A DNA stretch of 61,316 nt, counting the filler, from Sluysia triapertura (lineage: Eukaryota): assembly GCA_046118255.1 (NCBI GenBank). It is 4 parts of 4 records of this genome, joined end to end, with 100 filler letters (N's around TTAATTAATTAA, not from the genome) between each part and the next. Parts side by side here need not be neighbours in the genome. Positions count along the whole stretch, not along the records: positions 1 to 21,358 come from JBJNIA010259513.1; positions 21,459 to 37,901 come from JBJNIA010203707.1; 2 more parts are not named here. One strand, given 5' to 3'. The notes beneath the pieces were generated by a model. It was not told where the DNA came from. It saw only the letters and a list, made by a program, of their open reading frames with translations, and ran no database searches. The stretch's first letter is position 1; every line of letters starts with the position of its first letter. The position numbers and the translations under genes were made by a program. This document shows positions 12,393 through 26,627 of the stretch, piece after piece.

Positions 12393-12681
12393 NNNNNNNN
12401 NNNNNNNNNNNNNNNNNNNNNNNNNNNNNNNNNNNNNNNNNNNNNNNNNNNNNNNNNNNNNNNNNNNNNNNNNNNNNNNNNNNNNNNNNNNNNNNNNNNN
12501 NNNNNNNNNNNNNNNNNNNNNNNNNNNNNNNNNNNNNNNNNNNNNNNNNNNNNNNNNNNNNNNNNNNNNNNNNNNNNNNNNNNNNNNNNNNNNNNNNNNN
12601 NNNNNNNNNNNNNNNNNNNNNNNNNNNNNNNNNNNNNNNNNNNNNNNNNNNNNNNNNNNNNNNNNNNNNNNNNNNNNNNNN
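12393..12681. other. Assembly gap (289 N)
   Basis: N run without the linker sequence. Confidence 0.99.
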
Positions 12682-14380
12682 TTCTATCCATTATGCTTCT
12701 TTTCGAGATAATTTTAATTGGCAATATCGCATCTGAAACGAAAAAAATCAAATAAATAATAATCACATCGAAAAAACGCCACATAATATTGATTTGTATA
12801 ATTAAATTAGATCGTTTACAATTACACATAAATACAGTTATATTTCTGGTTTTATTTAATCTCTTAGGAAAGAATAATATTAGTAAATTAATGTTTAATT
12901 TACACAACTAAAGCGCCGGCTCCACACGAACACGGGCTTCGTAAACTGGTGGTAAAGTCGAAAAGAAGTATCTATTCATATTCCATAAAATCCAGCTACT
13001 TTTATAGAAGAAAAATAAATGTTTGATAATTTTATTCGCTATTCTTTGTGAATAAATAAACATTCATGTACTATATGAACGTAATCTTTCAAGAATTTGG
13101 TGGAATACATACCATTAACAATGTTCTGACTATTTGTTGACCATCTTCATAGCACGCTTTTCGTAATTCTTCATTAATATTTTCAAAATTCATAATTAAG
13201 TATTCATAAAATATTGATCATTGTGAAAATGCAAATAAGTAAAGAAAATCTGGATTCATTAAGTAAAAGATTCATTTTTATTACTATCTGAAACATGATG
13301 CACACTTGCATGCAGAAGAGAGGTAATGTTTTTTCAATTTCAGAAATATTCTAATGAAACATGTATCAGAAATAACAATAGTAATAGTGATAAAATGCGA
13401 GGAGCAATAGAAAAAAAAAGAAAAACAATAAGTGAAAGCAATTGTAACAACAATAATATATAACAGGTTTGTGGTAATAATAAAGACGGATTTAAACAAT
13501 TTTGAAATTATTCTGAATGTGTTTATGTTTCGTATGTATTGAGCAGTTTGTTCAATAATTTGTCGATTTGTATTGGTGTTTGTTTGTGATTGTCATGAGT
13601 GGATCTGGACTTCACTACACACACACACACGTCGTAGTTCTTATATCAAGTATTTGATCTAAAAATTATCCATGTAGCTCTTAAATTCTCCACATCGGAA
13701 TTGTTAGTCGACTTTACACTCGAAAACCACAGTACTCTTATCTGTGTATCTGACTTCATTTAGACACAGAAACTCATGTAGATTATTACTAATTATTTCC
13801 ATTTTATACCTAAAATAAGTATTGAGACAATTTCAAATTTTATTTTAGAGACAAAAACATAAGTTATAAAAACGTACAAATCTACATAAATCGAATTTCT
13901 ATTACGTAGCACATTTTTAGGTGTTCGTTTTATTGAGATTGTTTTACTGTACAATTTCTACTAGGATGTTAAAATGAAACATTTTGCACAAAACTCCAAT
14001 TTGAAATTTTAAATTTGATAAGCAACATTTTCATTTTACATCCAAAATAGACACAAAGACAGCTTCAAATTGCAAGAAGAATGTGTTTTTAAATTTTATT
14101 CTTGCTAAAATATTTTTCTTCGCCTTTTTTATCGTATGAACGGTTTGCCTATTAAATTTATATCCGTAATTAAAAGGTAATAAAGGTAATTCGTATTTTT
14201 GTACAAATTTTTTGAACAATAAGGTCATATGAATGACACCAGTGTGATATTTTAATGTGATACGTCCAATTATAAATATTATAATTATAAACAATATAAA
14301 AACATCTAACAATAACTTAGTAACCTAAAACAGATCCGTATTCAAAACTTTTTCAGATTATATGATAACGTTAACAAAAT

Positions 14381-14381
14381 A

Positions 14382-14412
<31 letters not shown>

Positions 14413-14457
14413 AATAATCATAATAGTAATAATAATAATAGTAATAATAATAATAAT
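14381..14457. repeat. (AAT)n microsatellite
   Basis: Directly visible; source of the poly-Tyr ORF 14342-14551. Confidence 0.9.
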
Positions 14458-17400
14458 CGTTCATAATATAAAATAATATATGAGAAACCAATGTAAGTCG
14501 TTGTGATCGCTTAAATACGTTACAGTTATGATTTAGTTTGTTCAAAGCCATTCAAATAGACAACAATAAGTATAATAAGAAAAGCTTATTAAAATAATTG
14601 ACTATCTGAAATAATTACTTATGATCTGTCGGCTAATATTATCATTATTATTATTTCATTAGTATAAATAATAATAATAATACCAATAAATCTTAATGTT
14701 TAAGTTACTTTTCTTTTAAAGTATTGTTTTTAATTTTAACCAATAAAATTCGAATTTCATGTCTCATCCAATCAGAAACAAGTATAGATGTTATGAATAA
14801 ATATTGAATTATGATCGAATAACATTGTTAAAAAGTAGGAGTTAACAATGAAAAATAAATCTAGGTCACTAAAAATCGTCATAAAGTAATAATGAATCTA
14901 GCCCTAAAAAAATCTGTACGAAATACTTTTCTTACACAACAATTTGAAAATGGAATAAAGAAATATTTTAAAAAAGAATAAAGAATGGAGCTTGTCATGC
15001 TTAGGTAACAATGTTTTTATAATGTGTTAATGTGTAATTCTCTTTGCTTCTTCTAAGTCTTTAAAAATTTATGCGTTATCTCTTTATTTTTATTTTATCA
15101 AACCTTTATCAAATTTAAATATGTCTGGATACTGTTTTATACTTTAAAAATTCTTGTTCTTTATTATTAATTCAAATCTCTTTATAGAATTTATAATTAT
15201 TAATGTTATCACTTTATATTAAACTTAACTGGATATATGAATTAGTATACTCGTTCTTGCTGTTAAGGATAGAAGTGCTAAATAATTTATTAACAATAGT
15301 TATAGGGTTATAGTCTAATCAACACTTAACTATAATGTAAATGTTTAGGTTTCAATTTAATTACTTGGATAAATTATTAATAATTCGAGTATAATTTTTT
15401 AGTTCAGAATTTATTACTGCAACTTATTACTCTATCTTTAATTTATAACATTTATAAATTATATACTCTTCCTTCTCTTTCTTAGGGCACCACTCTCAAT
15501 CTAGTTAAGACAAAAATAAAAACCAAATATTTTATTTATAAATTGACACAAAATGATTTAACACAAATATGTGAACATAAAATTTTATAAAAAATGCAAT
15601 TTTAATTTTAATATGAATGTTTAAAAAACAAAGGACAATCAAAATCACTTACTCACCGTAATTGACATAAAACATCAATATATTTACTTGTTAAATTAAT
15701 ATCTTGAATTGGTAACTTGAATCTTCTGTTATTTTCTCTAAGCTAAATTTTGGTATGAAACCCTTGTAAATATTAAACTCCTTTTATACTGCAATAATAA
15801 ATTATTTACAATTATTTGCAAGATTATAGAATTATTTCCAGTTAAAATAATTGTAATAGGGAAATAACTGCAGTCAGTTGCGCTGATAATAAACGAAGTA
15901 ATAATATTATTTCTAATATTATAAATGTTAAATCAATTCTATTATTATGAATGTTAAATAAATAATAATTTATGTAGCAGTAATTCAATAACACATAACA
16001 ATAATACTGTATTTGATAAGTTTAGTTTTATTTCAATATACATATTTGACAAGATTTTATTTTATTTCAAGATAAACTAAAGAGACAAAAAGATTCTGTT
16101 GAATTTAATATATAAACAATAATATTAATAACAATAAACAGTACTGTGTATGTAACATAAATTCTACTCGCAAATTCATATCAAATTATTAAAAATACAA
16201 AATTCTGAAGAAATTAAGAAATAAATTCAAGGCTAATAATTTTTCTAGTTGTTAACTATTGTATTCAAGAATCTAAAATTTAAACCATATGGATCACGTG
16301 TCTAACCAAATTATATAGTTATAATTTTTAATATATAATCAAGAGCATAATAAAAGATAATTTCTCATAACGACTAACTTAAATGTGATTCAAAAAGATC
16401 TTCTTAGATCGTAATTAAATTATTTGAAACGATAACCTCGATAATATTAGCGGGATCATAATTAAGAATATTTTCTTTAATCTCCAGTATTTCCATTTTC
16501 TTTAACGCTGACATCTATGCATCGGTCCTTTAGTGTGTAAGTCGGTGTCTCAGAGGACTCACGTATGTAAACACATAAACCAAAATAAAATAAAAGTTTT
16601 ATTAAATTTATAAACCAAATTTGCACTAAAGCGCTCAATTCTAAAAATTATTCCCGCGCAATTCGTGCTTACCTTCGACTTGAACCGCTTTTCCCTAAAA
16701 TAAAACAGAAACCTGGTCCCAACTCACTTTTTGGATTTCATTTGGCATTTCAACCATGCCCTGAAATACAAAATAGGGGACTTAGAAACCAGCATCAAAG
16801 AAAGCAAGATTTGCTGAGGTTGAAAAACTCACGGACTTGGTACCCGACTGCATTCTGCAATGAACGAATAAGAAAGGGAAAATATTTTTTCCCAAGTTAC
16901 AAAATTCGTGAAACTACCCACCTCCATTCCTCAGTGGATTGTCTCAACTGCGCCAAAAGAATCAACTTCGGCCTGGGTTGCAAAGTCTGGAAAAGACTTG
17001 CCACCTACTCGGGTTATGCAGTGGACAGTTCACACGCCAATGCTAGATACGAATAGCGTCCCAAAAGAGTCAGGCGTAATCGACCTCGACCTCAATTACC
17101 ACTTAGGGATAATATTAAGAGGCAGGTTGGATGGAATGGACACCGTTCGAAAACAATAGAAATCACCTCCATATATAATTCACCAACAACCTTATTATCA
17201 CAATAGATGATGATACATATTTAGTGACACAAAACCTCTGTCTATTTACCGTCCTCTACCGTAAGATGTTGATACTCCTATTTCCCCTATGATTACTGTT
17301 GTAGCCCCAATTTCTACTGTATTACTTCCTCCTACTTTCCCAAAAGAAGTCCTAGAAAGCCTTTGCGTTATGTAAGTCACACCACCACAAAATTCTGATG

Positions 17401-20400
17401 TAAATTTCTCCTGCACCACGATTTGTGAGGACCCTCCTATTGAGCTTATCTCTAACGAGCGTCCTGAAAGTTCCTGAAATTGCTGAGAACCTATTAGTTT
17501 ACCTCAATGGCTACACCACTTCTATAACTAACTCAACATTTGTATATATATTTCACTCCCACATATTTATGTCCTCTAAAGGTAACATTACATGTTCTCT
17601 CTTCGATTGGAACATTCAGGGCCTACAATTAAGAACCACTCTCATTGTAGCAAACTCCAAAGACACTTTATCCGGAAACACCGATCCACTAATCCTATGA
17701 ATGAATTAAAAGTAAATTGAACCTGTGGTGCAATAAAAACATAGGAATAACACTATAATTATCTATTTTTATAACATCCTTTATATATTGTCTCGAAAAT
17801 TTTTGAATATGCCTCGTCATGTGTTCGTGAATTTCGCTAAAAATATATAAACATAAAAAGTGATTAATATCAAAATAAATCGTAACAAAATATAAAATTA
17901 CCGATGGGTCATCCTATTTCAACGAATCTAACTGGACGCTAATGGAGCTGGAATTGTTGACGTCTGCCGCACTAATTGACAAGTATCGCATGTCCAACAT
18001 AAATTCTAAGCTTGACAAGAGATAATTTATTCTAGCACGATGCATACTGAAATTTGTTGGATAATATAATGACATTTTTGCATTCGTGAACTGCGTGGCA
18101 ATATCTGCAATTTGTTGCCATATTTTAAACATTCTCCAGATTTATCAGTTGTGTACTACATATATGTCATTCTGTGGGTCAGGATTTGTTACCATAGTAC
18201 AAAAGCTTAAAACGGCCGGTTTTTGATCTTTCATTCGACGATTCTTTATTTACTGTTAATACTTTATTTATCATGCGAACTGTACCAGCATCTACGATAT
18301 TTGTAGTAACTAATTTGTGAGATATTGAAATTATATTGCCATCCACGGTTACACTTAATTTAACTATACTTTTATCTTGTTTTATGATTTTATATTTCAA
18401 AAAACTAATCTGATTCGAATTTGATCACATGATTTTTGTAACATGCACACATCATAGTAAACTCTTTCGAATTAATTGAATAAAGTCGTACAAGTAATCT
18501 TATACTTATAGTTTGTACTTGTACTAATATAACACATGTTTTATTCTTTTGATGATTTAAAAACTTTAAAACTTTCGGTGATATATGGAATATATCATTA
18601 AAAATACTATCTAAAACTAAATTTCTATTAATAATTACGTTTGGATCAAAAAATTTTATAACTAATAGATAATCATCACAATCTTTAAAAGTTGTAAAAC
18701 CTCATGTGGATCTTCAAATTTATTATCTTTTATTAGTTGACGCTAGCAGAATAAATAACATGATAATATTTTATACTGTCTTTTGTTTCAAAATCGAGTA
18801 TTATATTAGTATCAAGGGGTTTGCATAAAATATACACGGGAAGATCAAATGATTCATTTATATTTACTGCTGGAATACGGTGATCATAATAATATTGTAA
18901 ACCAAATTCATTTAAGCTGAACATGAAACAAACAATTTTTATTTGAGATTTCACTAAGAGAACGTCTTTTGTACAATTATTTTGCAAAAGCTAATCTAAT
19001 TATTTATTGTCTCCTTTTTTGACGTTTTTCAAGTTTTTAAAATAATTTTCTGTCTATAATTAAAAATGTTGATTTTGCCAATCAACCAATAGCAATTGAT
19101 AATAGTTTTCCTTTAGTACAAACTCTTTTTTCATTGGAAGTATATTTTTGGTACTACATAAGAACACACAATAAATAATGGAAACGAGTCTGTCCATGAT
19201 TGGGCGTCCAATTAGATGAGGTAAAACATAAAGCAGCAAGACATTTAATTGGACCTCCAATTGATTGGAGTAGTCACACATAGCAACTGTCACCAGTTGG
19301 CAGTTTAATACAATATAATGATGAAATTTAGTACGCTGTCACCCGGTGAAGAGCAGACTAATTCGAATAAATTAAACGGCACAAAGATAGTACTATATAG
19401 TAATAATGATGAGATAATAATGATTGAAATAATGATACTGGTAATAATAAAGAAACTAAAGTGATAATAATTATAATAATAGATAAAATAAAATAATAAT
19501 AATAAAAGACTAAAATAAAAACATAAATTTCTTCTTATTATCTATACACGAGCATTATATTTAAATATAAGTAAATATCTTAAATATTTAAGTAAATATT
19601 TCTTAACATATTATTTCTTTTACCTAATAGAATGAATGTTTTTCTGAAATGCGATAAAAATATGACTTTAAAATGTTTTGAGTGAAAGTATGATTGAATG
19701 TTGAAATCGTGGATTACAATGTTCCGAATAAACTTAAAATTGTAGATGTATGGTTTTTAACTGGAATTACGGTTTGAATGTTGAAAATGTTTTAAAATGT
19801 TTTAAAATGAATTAAAATGTTTTAAGATATTAAAAATGATTTTAGAGAATCTGAAAGAATTGAAATGTATCAGTGGTCTTGTTACATTCTTAAGATAGTT
19901 GTACAATGTTAACAAATGTACTTATGATTGTACTGCTATGTAACTATGAATAAAATGTTTTTAATGAATTGTTAAATGTCTGTTATTAATCTGAAAGTGA
20001 ACGTAACTTTAATATTATAAAGTATGAAAAAGAAATGTTTTGAGAAGGTTAGGATGAGGTTTTAGTGGAAATAAAGGAAGTAAAGTATGAAAGAAGGTTT
20101 ATATGTAAGAATAATTAAAATGTTATGGAGTGTGATTTTATATGAATTATTGGAATAAAACTTTAAAATATTGGGTTGGTTACCACAGTATTAAACAGTG
20201 ACATCTGCGGCGCACCTATATGACGGAGAATGATATGCAAATCCTTTATTCCGTGTGTTCTCTTACTATGGTTCAGTTTACCTTCTATGGGATTAAACAA
20301 AAGTGAACCTTAACGATGCCCGTAGCCTTAAACGACATCAGCCCATTATTAAATATTCCTATTCCCTTATCCTTAACAACCTAATTTCGCTTTTCAACAT

Positions 20401-20918
20401 CTACCTCCACTTTGTCCCAACTACCAATGATCTGGATTCCACCCATCAGTTCGATTCACTATATTTGGGCGCGGTCATGACTTTCTTTGATGCATACATC
20501 TCTGACGCTAACTCAGTAGTGATTGATTCTATTGTTGCCAACTTTGCAATGTTCAATGATGAACAAGCATTTCCAAACAAGTTTCTCATTCTCAAATGCG
20601 CAAATTGGTAACATTTCTACAGGGTCTAAACTTTGAGAATCACTGGATTCTTCTTATATTTAAACCTCCCCTCGTCAGTTTATTTCCTTTGTGACTTTTT
20701 CAGAAATGTCATTGCCAGTATACCTACCCAGACACTCCAAAACCTATACCCTATCCAAAGTAGGTTGGTCCTACTGATTGCGGTCCCTTTATTGATGATA
20801 TGTTTTTCGAATTTCGTGACTTGATACATAAAATGTTTCCTATTCAAATTTCCCAATATCCTATCCCAATTTAAAAAATGTCACAACTTAAACAAAAAGC
20901 ATGAAATTCGGAATCTAC

Positions 20919-21358
20919 TGTTGGGATTGTCCAACTGTGGATGAGGAGATTAGTAAAGACATATAGAATTACAAATGAAGGAAGAAGTGATGTGAAGTGG
21001 TAGATGAAGTATTATAAACATTATTGGAATAAGAATCATAAAAGCAAAAGCATCTATAATAATATTAACAATTAAAGAATATCTTGGAGTTCCAAAGATC
21101 TATATAAGGTTTGAGATCTTATGGAAGCTTGAAATGGACTTGAAAAACCTTTAGAAGCATTAAGGTACCTTTAGAACTTTAGAATCTTTAGGTCATTTAA
21201 GATCTTATTAACCTTTGAATATTCTTGAAACTTTGATAAGCATCTAAGATCTTCGAGCAATATGGTAAAGTGTATAAAATCTTTGAAATGATTGAGAAAT
21301 AAAATCTTTGCTCAAAATAATAAAGATAAGTTTAACATAGTAATAATTAACATGAAGA
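20919..21358 (+). repeat. Dispersed repeat related in inverted orientation to 23090-23675
   Basis: ttaaagaatatcttggagttccaaagatctatataaggtttgagatctta matches the reverse complement of 23093-23142; tgttgggattgtccaactg matches 23280-23298. Confidence 0.75.
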
Positions 21359-21458
21359 NNNNNNNNNNNNNNNNNNNNNNNNNNNNNNNNNNNNNNNNNN
21401 NNTTAATTAATTAANNNNNNNNNNNNNNNNNNNNNNNNNNNNNNNNNNNNNNNNNNNN
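21359..21458. other. Artificial contig spacer (44N-TTAATTAATTAA-44N)
   Basis: Exactly 100 nt with a core giving stops in all six frames; repeated identically three times in the window. Confidence 0.97.
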
Positions 21459-22249
21459 GATATTATAAAAGAATTAATTTATTACAGAATTTAACTAACT
21501 AGATAAAAGGTTTTATTATTATAACTATAATTGTGTTATAAAGATTTGTATTATAACATTTGATTTATAAAAATATATAGAGATTCAGTTTTGCTTGATT
21601 TCAGTTGTTATAAAGAAGGGTTAATAATTTTATTGAAAAACACAACAGTATTCTACATTTTATTGACAAAAATTCGTAACAAAGAAAATCGTCCATTTAA
21701 TGCTTTATCCAGTAAATACTATCATACTCATTTTTTATTACATATGTCAATGAAATTGTACAACTGAAGTACCTTTCTGGAACTATAAAACTAATTTTTT
21801 ATGGATTGATGTCGACAAAATATCTTATATACAGGAAGTAAATTATTAATTAAAAGTTTACTACCACAAATATAAATGAAATAATATACGATTTGAAATT
21901 AAAAAAATGATTAAAATTAAAAAAAGAAAAAAAACAATCCGTCAAAAGCATCAAATAAATTCAAAATATAATGTAATATCAAGATTTCATGTACTTCTAC
22001 AACGACCAAAAATGTGTACTGAGATTCAGGATAGGCCGTAAGAAAAACTACACCGACAACAATGCAACAATCATTATATAAATCGTTCCAAAAAAACTCA
22101 AAATTAAAGTGTTAAAAGTGTTTCTTGACACGCATTTAAGAAAATAGATAAATTAATTAGCCAATAAAATTAATTAATTAATTATCGTAAACTCTACAAT
22201 GGTTTATTAAAATAGAGTAAACAAAATTACGCTTAACAATTAATCAATC

Positions 22250-22372
22250 AGTAAGAATAATTCTCCATGTGGATATACGATCCCATCCAAGACCTTATTT
22301 CAAATCATCACATTGTTTACCAATAACCGCAAGAACAGAATTCAAAATCCTGACAACAATCTATAAATACTC
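22250..22372 (+). mobile_element. Second L2/CR1-group LINE RT fragment
   Basis: cattgtttaccaataaccgcaagaacagaattcaaaatcctgacaacaatctataaa is homologous to 10907-10963. Confidence 0.75.
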
Positions 22373-23089
22373 ATTTATAATCTATAAGTATATCATTTTT
22401 TCTTATGTATTTTAAATTCTATACACTAACTAGACAAGCCCAACAAACATAGAAATTTGATTTATTATCAACCATCATTTTCTTTTACTCTACTTAATCT
22501 ATTTTTATTTAAATTACTTCTCACATTAAAATAACAATAAGCAAAACTCTTGACATACATAAAAATAATGAATTTAATTTCACTTTCTATTATTTAATTA
22601 ATTTTCTATTTTTCACACCCAATTTTCTAATGAAAAATGTTTTAAGGTTCTTATTCTCAAACAAACCATTTTACAAACATTTTGAGTTCACTTATGGATT
22701 CTCCTCTTTCATCTCATATTTCATTCATCATATTTGCATCACTCTAAATATTAAAAATTCAACATTTCATAATTAACAATTAATTAAAATTTGACTTTGC
22801 TCAATATTTAGGCTTTCAAATTTAACATAGCATTTCGCATTCAAAAGTTATTCACAAAAATGTACATTTACTTAATTAAGTTAATTAAGATTTTTGATTA
22901 ATTAATCTATTTTTAGACTTAATCTTATTCTATGTTTAAAGTTATTTAGTAGTTTATAAGGTATTCAGGAGGCTAGATGTTTTCAACTTCACTCCTCTGA
23001 TTCCTTTTCTAATTCTTCATGTTTATTATTAGTGTTGCGTTTTTCAAACTATTAATTACGTTTAATCGATATCACTTTAATTAAATGTA

Positions 23090-23675
23090 CTGTAAGATCT
23101 TAAACCCTTATATAGGTCTTTGGAACTCCAAGGTATTCTTTAACTGATAACATTATTATAGATGTTTCTACTTTCATGATTCTTATTCCACAATGTTCAC
23201 CGTGTTCAATTCACCACCTGTATCAGTTGTTTCCCTCATCTAATAATTCTATATATCTCTCACCCATCTTCTGATCTTACAGCTGGGCAATCCCAACATC
23301 ACCACATTAATTTTATCTTTATTTCTCAAACATTTAAAAGATTTTATACACTTTATAATATTACTCAAAGATCTTTGATGCTTAACAAGGTTTCTAGAAT
23401 ACTTAAAGATTAATAGTATTAGATGATCTCAAAATTAACAAGCTCAAAGGTTTTCCAGGTACATTTTAAGCCTCCAAAATGTCTCAACAACTTATATAGT
23501 TCTTTGGAATGCCAAGGTATTCTATTAGGTGTTATAATTATTATAATTATCATGTTTTTATTTTCATGATTCTTTTTTCGACAATGATTATAATGCTCAT
23601 TTATACTAATTCTCTTCATTTTATAGCTTTATATGCTTCTCTCTAATTTCCTAACACACTTGTAAATCCCAACAA
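23090..23675 (-). repeat. Two tandem, diverged copies of the 20919-21358 repeat family
   Basis: cttatatag(g/t)tctttggaa(ct/tg)ccaaggtattct at about 23107 and 23492; both units end aatcccaaca. Confidence 0.7.
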
Positions 23676-23816
23676 TGGGGCGCCAACATGCTCAAACCAT
23701 CTTTTCTTAATATCGGGACAATATGAGACAGCGAGGTAGAACTTTTCCTTCAAAATTGTGGTTTATGCCATAGAATAGTGATAGTATAATTGACTACAAT
23801 AAAAAATTGTTAGACA

Positions 23817-23897
23817 GGGCTGATAGCTCAATGATCAGAGTATGGAACTGCATAGCTCTGAAGCGAGACATACCCAGTTCGATTCCCGGTTAGTCCA
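23817..23897 (+). ncRNA. tRNA-like (Cys-GCA-derived) Pol III unit: tRNA pseudogene or SINE-like head
   Basis: Acceptor stem GGGCTGA/TTAGTCC-A; A-box TAGCTCAATG; B-box GTTCGATTC; CT-GCA loop with extra bases 3' of it; TTTT terminator; three more partial copies in the window. Confidence 0.7.
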
Positions 23898-26144
23898 TTT
23901 TATTAAGTCTAACATTTGGTGAGCTCACATATCGAATACCCTTCTGATGTTGAAATTAATGCTTTGCAACATGTTGCATAGGGTTAGATAGAATAATGAT
24001 AGTATAATTGACAATAAAACAAAATTGTTAGACAGGGCTGATAGCTCAGTTAAGCGAGTTATTTAGTGAGGTGAAACAAAAGGCGCACAGGTAAAAACAT
24101 TAAGTGCAAATGGATATAATTAATACCAAGATATAATACTTACACATTATAAACGTTCACGTTACGACTCGAAGACATTTTTCACGAAACGACTAAAAAA
24201 TTACTATCCAAATTATATATTAGAACACATTACACAATCAAAATATGATTAATATTAATAGCATATTGAACGCAGATGTATTGAGGACAAACAAACTTCA
24301 TTCAATAAAAATGCTGGTCTTTGATCATTAAGTTCTTACTTAACTTTATGTGACAATCAATGTATACAATTGTAAATACTATGCGAACTGTTCTGTGCAA
24401 ATACATAATATAATCAATTGCGCTAAATTATTGATCATTTTGTACCAATTAATCATAAATTATTGACTATTTTTGTGGATTTTGAAAGTTTTAAAAAGTA
24501 CGTTTTATATTGTATTAATTTTTATAAATATTTTGAGTTTTATTTTGTATTAATTTGTAAATTTTTATAACTATTTTATAACTATATTTAGCTTTTAAAA
24601 TATTAAATAAATATTAATTTTTAAAATATGAAAATTGTATCTTTATTTTAATAAAACCGAAAACAACTGGTCAAGATCAAAGAAAAACTTATATAAATAG
24701 CTAACAAATTTCACCACATTTACAGTTAACATCTAAAATCACGACAATAAATTTTTGAAAGACATCAAATTCATAGTTGTTCTACTGCGACATACCGAAA
24801 ACCTTTTGACCAGATTTTTCATAATAACCGTTAGTTTATTTATAAGATCCGATATCCTAGCAATATCTACGTAAAAAATACTCAAACTAATTAATGCTCA
24901 CTTTAGATCTTTTATTAGATCGACGTAAAATCTTTGTTAAAATATTATTGAAATTAGAATTACTTTTAATAATTCTATTACAAATTATATTGTTATATTG
25001 CCATTTTTTACTTATATTTTGTAACAACTGCTTTTATTCATTTGTACTTAATAAAAGATTTTGGTAACGTTTATTAGTCTTTTTTAAATAGCTTCAAATA
25101 TAAAATCAATACTACAAAAAGGCTTTCCATAGTTAGATTTTAATTCTAACTACGCAAAATATTTATCAACGATCCGTTTCATAGGATCTACGCAAAATAT
25201 TAATTAAACTATTTTTGATTACAAACCTCCAGAATAATTAAAAACTTTCAAAAATAGCACCAACTAAAGAAGTCCTTTTTAACCAACATTGCATTTCGAC
25301 GGAATTCTTTTTACTCTTATCTACGAAATCTAACGGCTGGCCCTAGTACGTTGGTGAACTCACGTTAAGCTTTTACGTTATTCACTGTACTAATATAATG
25401 AATATTGCCATGTGTTTTCGATAATCTCGATAATTAGCGAGTGTACCACATTTCCGGACAGAGGAACAATCCTGACCTAACTTCGCAACTAGAAAATAGT
25501 AAGTTTTTTTTGGTTCATACGCTTGTCTGATATTTGAAGTCACTGTTTCTTTTGGAATTATTTTCATTTTCATACAGAATAACCAACAAACCAAACTTAA
25601 ATGAAAAATATTAAATGAAAGAATATTAAATATGTATTAAAATATCACACAATACTTATCAACCTATACAATTCTGTTTATCATAATTAATATATACACA
25701 GAAATTAATATGTACCTAACAAAGAAACATTTTCTTTTTGTTTTAATGATAATACTAAAATTATGAAATTTTAAATACAAAAAACTGTATAAAGCTTTAT
25801 AAAATCAATCAAACTGTGCTGCACTAACATTAGAAAATTAAATCAAATAATTTTCAAAAATAAACACGTTAAAAAGTCTTTATAAAGTCTATTTTCAGAA
25901 GCACCTTTAAATAAAGAAAGTATTTACCATAATTTGTCATACTTACTCAATGCATAAACAAATAGTTAAATTGGCACAAACAAATACCACCTCAGAGGAC
26001 GGATGCAAATTGTAACTTCACTATTTATATTTAAGGATACTAAAAATATTGTTTAGAGTAGCATAATCATGATAAAGATGTACTATATCATGGAAATTAA
26101 ATAATTATTGGCTATACATTATTATGTGCAAAAACTACTAAATA

Positions 26145-26627
26145 CAGTCCTAGCCAAGTTATTAGACTAAAGACCATTTTTGTGATAAAATTCAACATTA
26201 ATCAAGAGTGTATAAATACATGCCATTTACTACCGACAGTTTTCACTGAACATGTAAAATAATATATAAAAAACTGAGATCCAAAACATAAAAATTTTAT
26301 TCATGTTGAATGTGATAACACAATTTACTGCAAATCAAATACGTACAAACTGTTGTATCTGTATACTTTGTTTGCCCTCCTTTGTTATCCAATTAATTTT
26401 CTGATCCTTAAAGGTATGCCATGGATGAGCTTTGATCTCGTTATCTTGATGTAATATTTTTATCAGGGTTTCAGTAAGTTCCGCCCTAGTTTATGGTTTA
26501 TGGATAGAAACTCTCATTTTCACAATCTCCCACAGATTTTCTGTGAGATTCATGTCAGCAAAGTTTCTAGGCCAGAGTAGCAAATATTAAGAAAACATGT
26601 TTTAGTCTAATAACTTGGCCACCATTG
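26145..26627 (-). mobile_element. Tc1 deletion derivative, copy 2
   Basis: TA flanks; TIRs cagtcctagccaagttattagactaaa / tttagtctaataacttggccaccattg; collinear with 1154-1617. Confidence 0.9.

Noticed and set aside
12350-12907. Long ORFs spanning the gap
   Set aside because: Open only because of the N run
21403-21414. TTAATTAATTAA palindrome within N runs as a biological site
   Set aside because: Assembly linker, identical at three places
23817-23897. A bona fide functional tRNA-Cys gene
   Set aside because: Anticodon and T stems are mismatched and the copies are diverged; reported as a tRNA-like repeat instead
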